DNA of 63,915 nucleotides, filler included, from Candidatus Hydrogenedentota bacterium (GTDB lineage Bacteria; JBFMHD01): NCBI GenBank assembly GCA_040752395.1. It is 8 parts of 8 records of this genome, joined end to end, with 100 filler letters (N's around TTAATTAATTAA, not from the genome) between each part and the next. Parts side by side here need not be neighbours in the genome. Positions count along the whole stretch, not along the records: positions 24,985 to 45,664 come from JBFMHD010000017.1; 7 more parts are not named here. The stretch is one strand, 5' to 3'. This document shows, piece by piece, positions 29,443 through 39,324 of this stretch. Numbering within the stretch: position 1 is the stretch's first letter; every line of letters starts with the position of its first letter. The notes below the pieces were generated by a model that worked only from the letters and a program-made list of their open reading frames with translations, was not told the DNA's origin and ran no database searches. Position numbers and translations under genes: made by a program.

Positions 29443-30444
29443 ATGGAATTTTATAGACAAGAAATGTGGTTTATTTTACTGATACCGATTTTATGTATTT
29501 TTATTATACTTTATGGTAGAACTAAACTAAAGGACTTACGAAATAGATTCGCAAACTTAAACACTTTATTTAAAAGCGGTTATAAAAAACCATCAAAAAC
29601 TATCCTTAAACCATTATTATTAATTACCGCTATGTTTTTTATTAGTATCAGTCTTTTACAGCCACAATGGGGTACTAAACCCGAAACATTTATAATTCAG
29701 GGGCTTGATATGATGGTAGTATTTGATATTTCTGTCAGTATGCTTGCTAATGATGTCTATCCTGATAGAATCAGTTTCGCTAAACAGGTCATTACTGATG
29801 TTATTGATAGTTTAGGGAATGACAGAGTAGGGTTAATCGGGTTTGCAGGCAAACCTTATTATTTCTGCCCGCTTACAGTAGATTATGAGGCGTTTAAATT
29901 ATATCTTGATGCTATGACAGTTCAGGATGTTCCTGTACAGGGGACTGCTATGGATTTAAGTTTGCAATTAGCAGAAGAAGTGCTTGAAAAGAGCGAGGGC
30001 AAGTACAGGATTATTTTGCTTGTATCTGATGGTGAAGACCATTCAGAAGAGACAATGGATATTGGGCGGGATTTACAAAAAAAGGGGATACTTATCTTTA
30101 CTGTTGGTATTGGCACTATCGAGGGTGGACCAATCTCTTTATCAAATATCGGTAAAGCGGGCTACAAAAAAGATAAAAAAGGCAACGTTGTAATGAGTAG
30201 CTTAAACGAAAAACTACTTTATGAGATTGCCGAAACTACTTACGGTGGTTATTTCAGAGCAACACAGACTCTCGAAACTATAGATTTGCTTAAAAAAGAA
30301 TTGTCATTATTAAAACGCGGTAAGATTAAGGAAGAAAAAGTTACAAGAAAAAAGGATAGATTTCAGATACCTTTATTTATAGGTATTATTCTTATATCGC
30401 TTGAATTTTTACTTATCGAGAGAGGGATTGAAGATGAAGAATAG
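29443..30444 (+). CDS. batB: vWA domain protein BatB
   Basis: PQWG, DISVSM, PLTVD, QGT, SDGEDH, VGIGT. Confidence 0.9.
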   Translation: MEFYRQEMWFILLIPILCIFIILYGRTKLKDLRNRFANLNTLFKSGYKKPSKTILKPLLLITAMFFISISLLQPQWGTKPETFIIQGLDMMVVFDISVSMLANDVYPDRISFAKQVITDVIDSLGNDRVGLIGFAGKPYYFCPLTVDYEAFKLYLDAMTVQDVPVQGTAMDLSLQLAEEVLEKSEGKYRIILLVSDGEDHSEETMDIGRDLQKKGILIFTVGIGTIEGGPISLSNIGKAGYKKDKKGNVVMSSLNEKLLYEIAETTYGGYFRATQTLETIDLLKKELSLLKRGKIKEEKVTRKKDRFQIPLFIGIILISLEFLLIERGIEDEE

Positions 30445-31090
30445 GATAGGTTCCTTGTTATTAATTATTTTTTTATGTGGGTTTATAGACCCTGTATACG
30501 ATAAAAATGAAAAAGCTATGGATTTATATAAAGCTAAAAACTATGTGGAATCATCAAAGCTATTTAAAGAAGTAGATAGGTCGAACAGAGATAAAACAGG
30601 GTTTAATTTGGGGACATCATTAATAAATGAAGGCAAGATCGATGAGGGTATCACTTTTCTTTCCAGAGAATTGAATAAGACAAAAGATAAAAATTATATC
30701 TCTGATATTTATTATAATATTGGTAATGGATATTATAAAGAGGGCAAATATGATAAAGCTGTAGAAAATTATAAAAATTCATTAAAATTCAATCCTGATA
30801 AGATTGATGCTAAAACAAACCTCGAACTGGCATTGATGAAATTGAAAGAGACAAACAAGGATCAAAAAAAAGAAGATAAAAAACAAAATAAGGATGATAA
30901 AGATAAAGAGGACAAAAATAAAAGTAAACAAGAAAAGCAGCACAGCCAGAAACAACAAAAACAAGAGCAGGGAAAAATGTCATTAGAAGATGCCAAAAGA
31001 ATGGTTGACTCATTTGACCAGAAAAAGATTAATTTAATGCCTTTAAAAGAGATTAAGGTACAACCAAAAAAGATTGAAAAAGACTGGTAG
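30434..31090 (+). CDS. batC: TPR protein BatC
   Basis: YYNIGN TPRs, NLELA, K/D/Q-rich linker, C-terminal EKDW. Confidence 0.88.
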   Translation: MKNRIGSLLLIIFLCGFIDPVYDKNEKAMDLYKAKNYVESSKLFKEVDRSNRDKTGFNLGTSLINEGKIDEGITFLSRELNKTKDKNYISDIYYNIGNGYYKEGKYDKAVENYKNSLKFNPDKIDAKTNLELALMKLKETNKDQKKEDKKQNKDDKDKEDKNKSKQEKQHSQKQQKQEQGKMSLEDAKRMVDSFDQKKINLMPLKEIKVQPKKIEKDW

Positions 31091-31093
31091 AAA

Positions 31094-32857
31094 GTGGCTA
31101 CAAAACGTATGAAAAACCTGTTATTTATTATTTCACAATTCTTATTTCTTATCTCTTTTAATTATTGTTATGGGTTCAGTATTGATGTTAGTTGTGATAA
31201 AAGGGCTATCACTATCAATGAATCTGTGCGGCTTACTATATCTGTAGTCAATGCTGATAATCCTCCACCAAGCCCGAATTTTTTTAAAAACCCTGAAGGA
31301 TTTGATGTAAGTTATGGTGGTATGCAGCAGTTTCATCAAACCCAATGGATCAATGGGAGAATAAGTTCTGAAAAACGCTATATTTATTCGTTTGAATTAT
31401 CACCTAAAAAGACAGGTAAATTTACTATAGGTCCTTTTGAGATTATTATAGGGAACGAAAAACAGAGTTCACCTGCTATTGAAATAACTATTAGTGAGGC
31501 ACCACAACAAGCTGACCCTGTGATAATAAAGACTCAATTAAACAAAAAATCAGTTTATCCTGGTGAACCAGTCTCTTTAGATGTAATTATCGGTTATTTC
31601 CCTGAGGTTACGATTCAACAAGGACAATTATCAAATTTTCAGGTCCAGGGCGCACAGGTAGATAAAATCAGCGGTGATAATCCACCTGAAGAAAGAGATG
31701 TATATTATGGAAGAGAATATATTATAAGAAGATTTAGATATAGAATTATTCCGAACATCGAGGGTGAGATAGAGATACCTTCAATTACATTTACATATAC
31801 CCAGGCTGTGAGAGTGAAGAGCAGGTTTTCTGACCCGTTTTTTGATGATTTCGATATCTTTGGTAGAACGCAACTTGTTCAGAATACAGTAAGAACATTG
31901 CCTTTTAAATTAAAGGTAAAGAATTTTCCAGCTAAAAATAAACCTGCTGATTTTAGCGGAGCTACGGGTAAATTTGATATTAAATTAGAGATAAATAAAG
32001 AGATATTAAAAACAAATGAGCCTGCAACATTACGTATCATTATTAGCGGTGAGGGGAACTTAAGTTCAGCAAACGATATTGTGGTCCCTTTGATGCCTGA
32101 TTTTAAAGTCTATCCTCTGCAATTGATTGACAAAGAATCTAATATTAATAAGAAAGTATTTGAAGTTGTTGTTATTCCAATAGCAGAGGGAGAAAAGACC
32201 ATCCCCTCATTTTTATTCAGTTATTTTGACCTTGAAAAAGAAGACTATTATACAAAAAGAACAGAGCCAAAAAAGATTAATATTATAGAGGGTGAGAAAA
32301 AAGATGAAGGATTATCGTATATATATCAACCCCAGGTTAAGCAGCAAGTTAAAGTATTAAGCGAAGATATAAGATATATACGCGAGCCTCAAATATTAAA
32401 AAACCAGAAGAATAAATTGAGTCTTCTAACAATAATTGGTTATATGAGCACATCACTTTTATTTTATGGTCTATGTATAACTTATGATGTTCGACGTAAA
32501 CGTTTTGAGACTGATATAAGATTTGCTTTAATAGTTGAGACTGAGGAAAATCTAAATGAGGTCATTAAAGAATTAAAAAGGCTCAAACCTGATAAAAGAA
32601 TTATTACAAAACTCTATAATAATTTAACTGAATATATTTCTGTGATATTATTCAGTAGAAAAGGGAGTTTTGATACATATCTATTAGAAGAAAGATTGCA
32701 TAACCTCGGTATACAGGATGAAGACATACTAAAAATAAAAGATTTTATAAAAAGACTCGAGTTGTCAAGTTTTGGAACTGAACCGATAAATCTTACCAAG
32801 GATGATATTTTGTCAAGACTGAAAGATATCTTTAAAATATTAAACTCTCTATTATGA
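31094..32857 (+). CDS. batD: BatD family protein
   Basis: Tandem Ig-like BatD domains, INGRISS, FSGATGKF, GEGNL, FSYFD. Confidence 0.9.
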   Translation: MATKRMKNLLFIISQFLFLISFNYCYGFSIDVSCDKRAITINESVRLTISVVNADNPPPSPNFFKNPEGFDVSYGGMQQFHQTQWINGRISSEKRYIYSFELSPKKTGKFTIGPFEIIIGNEKQSSPAIEITISEAPQQADPVIIKTQLNKKSVYPGEPVSLDVIIGYFPEVTIQQGQLSNFQVQGAQVDKISGDNPPEERDVYYGREYIIRRFRYRIIPNIEGEIEIPSITFTYTQAVRVKSRFSDPFFDDFDIFGRTQLVQNTVRTLPFKLKVKNFPAKNKPADFSGATGKFDIKLEINKEILKTNEPATLRIIISGEGNLSSANDIVVPLMPDFKVYPLQLIDKESNINKKVFEVVVIPIAEGEKTIPSFLFSYFDLEKEDYYTKRTEPKKINIIEGEKKDEGLSYIYQPQVKQQVKVLSEDIRYIREPQILKNQKNKLSLLTIIGYMSTSLLFYGLCITYDVRRKRFETDIRFALIVETEENLNEVIKELKRLKPDKRIITKLYNNLTEYISVILFSRKGSFDTYLLEERLHNLGIQDEDILKIKDFIKRLELSSFGTEPINLTKDDILSRLKDIFKILNSLL

Positions 32858-32945
32858 TCACCTCTGCTTTTTACGTGGATAATTCGCTCTTGCAGAACGG
32901 CATAGCAGATAACAGACGGCAGAATGGGTTAAGGCACTGCCTTAT
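32855..32945 (-). repeat. Inverted copy of the 106-bp TAAGGCAGTGCCTTA element
   Basis: Revcomp is homologous to 57870-57960. Confidence 0.85.
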
Positions 32946-32958
32946 TAGACAAGGTAAA

Positions 32959-33711
32959 ATGAAAAGGATTATTTTTTATTTTTTGCTGATTTTATTTGGG
33001 TATCGTAATTTAGTATCTGCAAATAATGAAGCACTTTTTGAGAATGCAAATAAATTGTATAAAGAAGACAGGTTTAATGAAGCATTGCTACTTTATTTAG
33101 AGCTGATTGATAAAGGTATTACAAACGTTGATTTATATTATAATCTTGCAAATACCTATTACCGCATTAATGATTCTGGTTATGCTATTTATTGGTGGAA
33201 GAAAGCTTTAAAATTAAGACCCAATAACGAGGATATAAAACATAATTTACGTATCGCTGAGAAGAAGATACTTGATGAATTTATATATACTGAAGATATA
33301 GTTGAGACATTACAGAAAAACATATCTTCAAAAATTACTATCTATCAATCACAGATTATGTTTTTATCTTTATTCTTGATATTTTTTATATACCTTGGGA
33401 TTATGCGATTAAGGCGGGTTAAAAGGAGAAGGATTTATAGACGGGTAAGAAATTTTATATTTGTGTTATTAGTAATCAGTTCAGCATTATGCATCTGGCG
33501 AATATGGTATGAAGAAAATTACGTATATGGCGTAATATTAGTTGAGAGTGTAAATGCAGTATCAGAACCAAAAGGGGACGCTTCTGTTATCTCGATTATA
33601 CATAAAGGATTAACTCTTCGTGTCTTTGGCATTAAAGATGATTTTTATCAGGTATTACTACCTGGCAATATTCTTTGCTATTTAAAAAAAGATAGCCTTG
33701 GCATTATATAG
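32959..33711 (+). CDS. batE: TPR/SH3 protein BatE
   Basis: Signal peptide, LYYNLANTYY TPR, two TMs, SH3b-like end; start moved to ATG 32959. Confidence 0.85.
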   Translation: MKRIIFYFLLILFGYRNLVSANNEALFENANKLYKEDRFNEALLLYLELIDKGITNVDLYYNLANTYYRINDSGYAIYWWKKALKLRPNNEDIKHNLRIAEKKILDEFIYTEDIVETLQKNISSKITIYQSQIMFLSLFLIFFIYLGIMRLRRVKRRRIYRRVRNFIFVLLVISSALCIWRIWYEENYVYGVILVESVNAVSEPKGDASVISIIHKGLTLRVFGIKDDFYQVLLPGNILCYLKKDSLGII

Positions 33712-34001
33712 AAGCAAGGGGCAAGATAACGGAAAGAAAGACAACGAAGGGCACAGAGTAGTGAGGGTCACAAGACCCGTTCGAAGGAGTACCCATGAGC
33801 GCGGTTTGCGCTCTACACTATTGAGTTATTGGGTTATTGCGTTCTAAATTCTGGCTGTTGACTACAGATCTCATCATTCCGCATTCCGCATTTTTTAAAG
33901 GATGTTGGCTTCAGGCTCCGGGCTTTTGGCTCCAGCCGGCTGTAGTCCGTAGCCCGTAGCCTGTACCCCGAATTATTAGAGTTACAGCGTTTTTCAGAGG
34001 A
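33712..34001 (+). repeat. Mosaic element upstream of the GC-rich gene
   Basis: GGAGTACCCATG-REP, (ATTCCGC)n, CAGCCGGCTG hairpin; 3' part essentially identical to about 25032-25105. Confidence 0.92.
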
Positions 34002-34004
34002 TGT

Positions 34005-36248
34005 ATGGCAAATAGTGTGCGAGATGCTCAGTCTTTCCACTACATCTGTTGTCAAATAAGATGTCTACTTCTGGTTACGTTGATAATCGCTGCTGCCCTT
34101 GTTGTCTTCTATTGCGATGTTGTCGTTGGATCACGGACTATTTCTACTGCTTCTGCATCTTTTGGTGTCACGCCAACAGGGCCAGTTGTTCGTGACGGTG
34201 CTCCGCTCTGCTCTCCGCACGTTCGCGACCCAGGAGCCTCGCTACAGCATGACGAAGCTTGGGGAGCGTTCTTGCACCGTGCCTGGATGGCTGGTGCTAT
34301 ACCGCTCTGGAACCCTCACCAGGGTCTCGGTGCACCACTACTTGCAAACGGCCAGTCAGCTGTTCTATCGCCTCTCCGAGCTATCTACATGGCCGTTCAA
34401 GCCAATGAGCGGATGGCTGACCTTTACCTCTTGCTCCGGCTTTTGATCGCAGGTTTAGGTGGATTCCTTTTCGCACGCTCGATCGGGGCATGTTCGGGTG
34501 GAGGCATCCTGGCCGGCATTCTTGTGGCACTATCGGGTCCATTCACAATAAACGCCCACGCGCCGATCATGGAATCAGACCTTTGGGCGCCATGGTTACT
34601 TTGGGCAGCGGATGAGACAGCCACGGGCCACCGGCGAGGTCCGATAGTGCTTGCTCTGGTCTGCGCATTCGACGCGCTTGGAGGCTACCTCGAGTCAACG
34701 CTTTTACACATCATTGGCGCAGCTGCGTGGGGAGTAATAAGAGTAGCGACCGCTTCGCCACGTGGAGCCCGTATACAATGTCTTGTCAACCTCGCCTTAG
34801 GTTTAACAGTTGGTGTGGGTCTGGCAGCGCCAACTGTCCTCTCAGTTGCGGAATTTCTCTCGCGAGGTCAGACAGTGCACATCGGTGTAGAGGGTCTCGC
34901 CATTTACTCACCGCAGATGGTAGTCTCAATAGTTGCCCCGAGCGATCAGTTCGTTCCGATCTTCGAAGCGATGCCGTTCATTGGAGCAGCTTTACTTACC
35001 GTCGTCGTTCTTGGCCTTGCCGCCGGTACAGCACCTACTAATATACGGGTCCTCCTCGGCGGTGCTATTGCTCTCATTATTGCGAAAAATTTTGGTCTGC
35101 CCGGCCTCCATGAAGCACTTGCTTCGATCCCGCTCCTCGACCGCGTATATTTCCCAAAACACACACTCGGCCTACTTGTGCCGCTTCTCACAGCAGCAGC
35201 CGCGCTCAGCGTCGAATCAATTGGTAGAGGTGGCGTCAGTCGACAAGCTGCAATCACAGCGGCACTCATCGCAATGGTCAGTGTTGTAGCGTTTTACTTT
35301 GTTTGGCGACTTACCTTTGTTGCTTCGCACGATATACATCCTTCAATTGATGAGGCTATCCGTCGTGCCTCGCTTGCCGACGGCTTTCTTGCCATCCTTG
35401 CCAGCGGTGCCGTCATCATAACCAACCATCGGCCACGTCTTGCCGCGGTGCTTGTCATCACTGTCCTTATTGCAGAAGCGGGCAGCTTTGTTACTGGTCG
35501 GGAGCGGCCTGAACGTGTCACACGCTGGGACCCACCTGCGTGGGTTGAGCAACTTCCTCCTGGCAAGTATCGCGTCCTTCCTGTTGACGGAGACCTGTAT
35601 CCAAATACGGCAAGCGCTTTAGGAATATACGACATTCAGATCATAGACGCAATCTACGACCGTGGTTTTACCGACGTTGCCAGGCGAATTGCCCCTAGCT
35701 TTCACGAGCGTCTCCTGGGCTCAAACATTCTGTTCCATAGCGATGACGCGGCACGCCTACTTGGGTCTCTTAGTGTTCGTATCCTCATTGCTCGGTCGAC
35801 TAAGCCAGGTGACCCATGGCGACCGATTTCTAACATTCCGCCATGGACACTTTACGAGAATCCATATGCGCTCGAGATGGTTCGATTAGAGGGGGGGAAC
35901 GTCAGTCTCATTGACGAGGGACCAAATCACCGCAAGTATATCGTCGAGTCCTCTGGCGGCCTTCTAATCGAGGCAGAAGCGTATGATCCCGGCTGGTGTG
36001 CAACTATTGACGACCAAGACGCTGATGTGCAACAGACCGATCTATTCTTACGAGCAATTGAGGTACCCGCAGGTAAGCACGTTGTCGTGACACGATATCG
36101 GCCACTGCCGTTCATAGCAGGCCTCGCTATCTCAGTACTTTCTCTCATCGTTGGTACACCGCTTCTCTACGTCCGTGCAATTAGAAGCAGAACCGATACC
36201 AGTTTAAACTCACTAAAAGAAGCCAGAGTCCCCAACCAGATTGATTAA
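34005..36248 (+). CDS. YfhO-like polytopic membrane protein (GT-C-type glycosyltransferase), GC-rich
   Basis: PLWNPHQGLGAPLLAN N-terminal motif, many TMs, YDPGWCATID...RAIEVPAGKHVV.. C-terminus; exact start uncertain. Confidence 0.85.
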   Translation: MANSVRDAQSFHYICCQIRCLLLVTLIIAAALVVFYCDVVVGSRTISTASASFGVTPTGPVVRDGAPLCSPHVRDPGASLQHDEAWGAFLHRAWMAGAIPLWNPHQGLGAPLLANGQSAVLSPLRAIYMAVQANERMADLYLLLRLLIAGLGGFLFARSIGACSGGGILAGILVALSGPFTINAHAPIMESDLWAPWLLWAADETATGHRRGPIVLALVCAFDALGGYLESTLLHIIGAAAWGVIRVATASPRGARIQCLVNLALGLTVGVGLAAPTVLSVAEFLSRGQTVHIGVEGLAIYSPQMVVSIVAPSDQFVPIFEAMPFIGAALLTVVVLGLAAGTAPTNIRVLLGGAIALIIAKNFGLPGLHEALASIPLLDRVYFPKHTLGLLVPLLTAAAALSVESIGRGGVSRQAAITAALIAMVSVVAFYFVWRLTFVASHDIHPSIDEAIRRASLADGFLAILASGAVIITNHRPRLAAVLVITVLIAEAGSFVTGRERPERVTRWDPPAWVEQLPPGKYRVLPVDGDLYPNTASALGIYDIQIIDAIYDRGFTDVARRIAPSFHERLLGSNILFHSDDAARLLGSLSVRILIARSTKPGDPWRPISNIPPWTLYENPYALEMVRLEGGNVSLIDEGPNHRKYIVESSGGLLIEAEAYDPGWCATIDDQDADVQQTDLFLRAIEVPAGKHVVVTRYRPLPFIAGLAISVLSLIVGTPLLYVRAIRSRTDTSLNSLKEARVPNQID

Positions 36249-36360
36249 CCATTATCAGTTCTACGGGGGAGTTAAATTATGCTTATTATAAATTCCCTAC
36301 AACTCAAAAGAATGAGGATAAAACATCAATAAAATGTGACAGAATTGATGAGTAAGGATA

Positions 36361-36445
36361 TATACTGCTCCCCTGATTAGAATGGTCAGGTCAAAATGTG
36401 CCGAAAATTTACTAAAAAACGTCTCGACAAACGGGGAGCACTACA
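36361..36445. mobile_element. Short IS3-like MITE
   Basis: IR TATACTGCTCCCC and revcomp TGTAGTGCTCCCC. Confidence 0.6.
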
Positions 36446-36544
36446 AGAGAAGAAAGAAAAGGGAAATTTATACAGTAATTTCTTGACATAAAAAAGTTAA
36501 AATTAGATTATATAAAAGTTTAAAATGTAAAAGGTATAAAAGAC

Positions 36545-36982
36545 ATGGCATTTAAAAAGACCTATCATCAAAAGAAAGAAACGATAGAGAAAAAGTGGTA
36601 TGTATTTAATGCAGAAGGGAAAACACTTGGCAGATTCGCTTCTAAAATAGCTATGATTTTGCAAGGCAAAAATAAAGCTATTTATACACCATCGGTTAAT
36701 TGCGGTGATTATGTTATTGTAGTTAATGCTGAGAAAATAAAGCTTACAGGTAATAAACTTAGAGATAAGGTTTATATCTCTCATACTTTTTACCCCGGTG
36801 GTTTAAAAGAAACGCCGATGAGTAGAATAATGGAGAAATATCCTGAGAGAATTATTGAATTAGCAGTTAAGAGGATGTTACCTAAAACTAATCTTGGCAG
36901 ACTTATGTTAAAGAAACTTAAGATTTACAAAGGACCAGAGCATCCTCATAAGGCTCAGCAGCCTGAAGCTATTGAATTGTAA
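36545..36982 (+). CDS. rplM: 50S ribosomal protein L13
   Basis: LGRFAS, GDYVIVVNA, YPGGLK, MLPK, HPHKAQQP. Confidence 0.98.
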   Translation: MAFKKTYHQKKETIEKKWYVFNAEGKTLGRFASKIAMILQGKNKAIYTPSVNCGDYVIVVNAEKIKLTGNKLRDKVYISHTFYPGGLKETPMSRIMEKYPERIIELAVKRMLPKTNLGRLMLKKLKIYKGPEHPHKAQQPEAIEL

Positions 36983-37200
36983 ATTGTAAATTGCAAAATG
37001 GAATCAGTTTAGGGAGTCAAAGAGTCGTGAGTCACAAGTCGCAAGTCGTGAGTCAAAACAGGACTCGAGACTCAAGACTTTTCATAGGGGGCTCCAGCCG
37101 GCTGTAATCTGTAGCCTGTCCTGATACTTCTTACTTTTTCCGTTATCTTGCTTCTTGTTTCTACTTGATATTATTAGAGTTACAACGTTTTTCAGAGGAG
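36983..37200 (+). repeat. Mosaic element between rplM and rpsI
   Basis: GAGTC/GACTC hairpin, CAGCCGGCTG, TTATTAGAGTTACAACGTTTTTCAGAGGAG. Confidence 0.92.
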
Positions 37201-37209
37201 GTTTTTAGC

Positions 37210-37602
37210 TTGTTATTAGATAGTGGTTTAGTGACAGGGAGACGAAAAGAATCAGTAGCAAAAGTAAGATTGATTTCCGGTACAGGAAAGATTGATATTA
37301 ATGGTCGTAGCCTTGAAGAATATTTTGGAAGAAGAACCCTGAGAATGATTATTATGCAGCCATTGAATCTTATTCAGGGTGAAACAAAATATGATCTCTG
37401 GGCAAGAATTAAAGGAGGCGGGTTATCGGGCCAGGCTGGCGCTCTTCGATTAGGGATAGCAAGAGCTATTGCAAAGATTAATCCTGAAATCAGGAAATCT
37501 TTAAGGGAGACTGGGATGTTAACGAGGGATCCGAGAGAGGTTGAACGAAAAAAATACGGACATAGAAAAGCACGCAAATCTACTCAATATAGAAAAAGAT
37601 AA
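37210..37602 (+). CDS. rpsI: 30S ribosomal protein S9
   Basis: TGRRK, GGGLSGQAGA, LTRDPREVERKK, QYRKR; TTG 37210 after GAGGAGG gives 130 aa. Confidence 0.97.
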   Translation: MLLDSGLVTGRRKESVAKVRLISGTGKIDINGRSLEEYFGRRTLRMIIMQPLNLIQGETKYDLWARIKGGGLSGQAGALRLGIARAIAKINPEIRKSLRETGMLTRDPREVERKKYGHRKARKSTQYRKR

Positions 37603-37619
37603 TAGGAGGAAGCATTAAT

Positions 37620-38018
37620 ATGGAATGGGTAATAACATTTGTTACGCTTGTGGCAGGTTGTATTACAATAATCTGGTTTATACGTGATGTAAGGAAAGAG
37701 AATAGTAAATTATTAAAATCTATGTTTGATGTTCAGAAGACGTCACTTGATGTTCAGAAGACGTCACTTGATGTACAGAAGACATCACTTGATGTACAGA
37801 GAGAAGTAGCACAAATACTTTTAAAGATAGAAGAAGGTCAACGTGAAATGACTAAAATATTGAGCGAGGGCCAACGTGAAATGACTAAAATATTAGAAAG
37901 CCACCGTGAGGGTTTTAGAGTGTTAAGCGAGGGTCAATGTGAAATGACTAAAATATTAAGCGGTGATATGACAAAATTGGGTGAAATATTCGAGAGGGTT
38001 GCATTTGCACACAAGTAG
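37620..38018 (+). CDS. Membrane-anchored coiled-coil repeat protein
   Basis: N-terminal TM; (DVQKTSL)x3 and EGQREMTKILS repeats; SD AGGAGG. Confidence 0.8.
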   Translation: MEWVITFVTLVAGCITIIWFIRDVRKENSKLLKSMFDVQKTSLDVQKTSLDVQKTSLDVQREVAQILLKIEEGQREMTKILSEGQREMTKILESHREGFRVLSEGQCEMTKILSGDMTKLGEIFERVAFAHK

Positions 38019-38095
38019 AAAGAATAAAAGGTGGGAGAGCATTCACTATTCTGAATTTTTTCATAAAGTGAAAGAAGAGTAAATAGAGAAAAATA

Positions 38096-38124
38096 TTGAC
38101 AGAAGTTAAGGTACGAGATAAAAT
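38096..38124 (+). promoter_or_regulatory. sigma70 promoter of metK
   Basis: TTGACA-17bp-TAAAAT. Confidence 0.7.
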
Positions 38125-38146
38125 AGATACAAAAATTTATTAAAAG

Positions 38147-39316
38147 GTGTTTTCTATGGTTGAGAGAAAGATATTTACCTCTGAATCTGTTTCAATAGGT
38201 CATCCGGATAAGATGTGTGACAGGATATCTGATGCTATCCTTGATGCATATTTAGAACAAGACCCTTACAGTCGGGTTGCTTGCGAATGCTTAACAAAGA
38301 CCGGTATGGTTGTTGTTGCTGGAGAGATTACCTCGAAAGGCAGTGTCTCGATTTCAGATGTGGTAAGAGAAACAGTAAAAGAGATAGGCTACGATTCAAG
38401 TGATAAAGGGTTTGATTATAAGTCATGTTCTGTGCTCGTTGCATTAGAGAAGCAATCTCCTGATATAAGCCAGGGTGTGACAGAGGGCGAGGGCTTACAT
38501 AAAGAGCAGGGTGCTGGTGACCAGGGTATGATGTTCGGGTATGCTGTTAATGAAACGACTGAACTTATGCCATTACCCATACTTCTTGCTCATAAACTTG
38601 TTCTTAGACTCAAGGAAGTAAGAGAACAAGGAATTTTGCCGTATCTTGGGCCTGATGGTAAATCTCAAGTAAGTATAGAATATGAAGGCAGAGAACCTGT
38701 TAGAGTTGATAGTGTTGTTGTATCTAACCAGCATCGAGCCGATGTCACATTAGAACAGATACGAAAAGAGATTATAGAAAATGTTATCAAACCTGTTATA
38801 CCGCCGGAATTTTTTGATAAGAATACAAAATATCACGTTAATCCCACTGGTAGATTTGTTCTTGGTGGACCACTTGCTGACTGTGGTTTAACGGGAAGAA
38901 AAATAATCGTTGATACCTATGGTGGTCGTGGTCGGCATGGTGGTGGTTGTTTCAGTGGTAAAGACCCAACAAAGGTTGATAGGTCTGCTGCTTACGCCGC
39001 TCGTTATGTAGCAAAAAATATTGTAGCAGCTGGGCTAGCTAAAGAATGTGAGGTTCAGGTCGCTTATGCTATAGGTGTCGCTGAACCTGTTTCTATATCT
39101 GTCACTACTTTTGGGACCGGTGTAGTTCCTGATGAGAGGCTTATAAAACTTATAAGAGAGCAATTTGATTTAAGACCAAAAGCTGTCATTGATATCTTGA
39201 AATTAAGGAGACCGATTTACAAACTGACGTCGTTTGGTGGTCATTTTGGTAGAGAACTACCTGAGTTTACGTGGGAAAAAACGGATAGAGCGGAAATATT
39301 AAAAAAAGCGGTTTGA
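38147..39316 (+). CDS. metK: S-adenosylmethionine synthetase
   Basis: [39 protein letters not shown] (ATG 38156 is an alternative start). Confidence 0.98.
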   Translation: MFSMVERKIFTSESVSIGHPDKMCDRISDAILDAYLEQDPYSRVACECLTKTGMVVVAGEITSKGSVSISDVVRETVKEIGYDSSDKGFDYKSCSVLVALEKQSPDISQGVTEGEGLHKEQGAGDQGMMFGYAVNETTELMPLPILLAHKLVLRLKEVREQGILPYLGPDGKSQVSIEYEGREPVRVDSVVVSNQHRADVTLEQIRKEIIENVIKPVIPPEFFDKNTKYHVNPTGRFVLGGPLADCGLTGRKIIVDTYGGRGRHGGGCFSGKDPTKVDRSAAYAARYVAKNIVAAGLAKECEVQVAYAIGVAEPVSISVTTFGTGVVPDERLIKLIREQFDLRPKAVIDILKLRRPIYKLTSFGGHFGRELPEFTWEKTDRAEILKKAV

Positions 39317-39324
39317 GGTATTTT

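Noticed and set aside
34099-36148. Multiple overlapping and antisense ORFs in the GC-rich gene and other long CDSs
   Set aside because: Shadow ORFs expected from codon bias; no independent motifs
38019-38146. SAM riboswitch before metK
   Set aside because: The promoter is only about 20-30 bp from the start, leaving no room, and there is no S-box consensus
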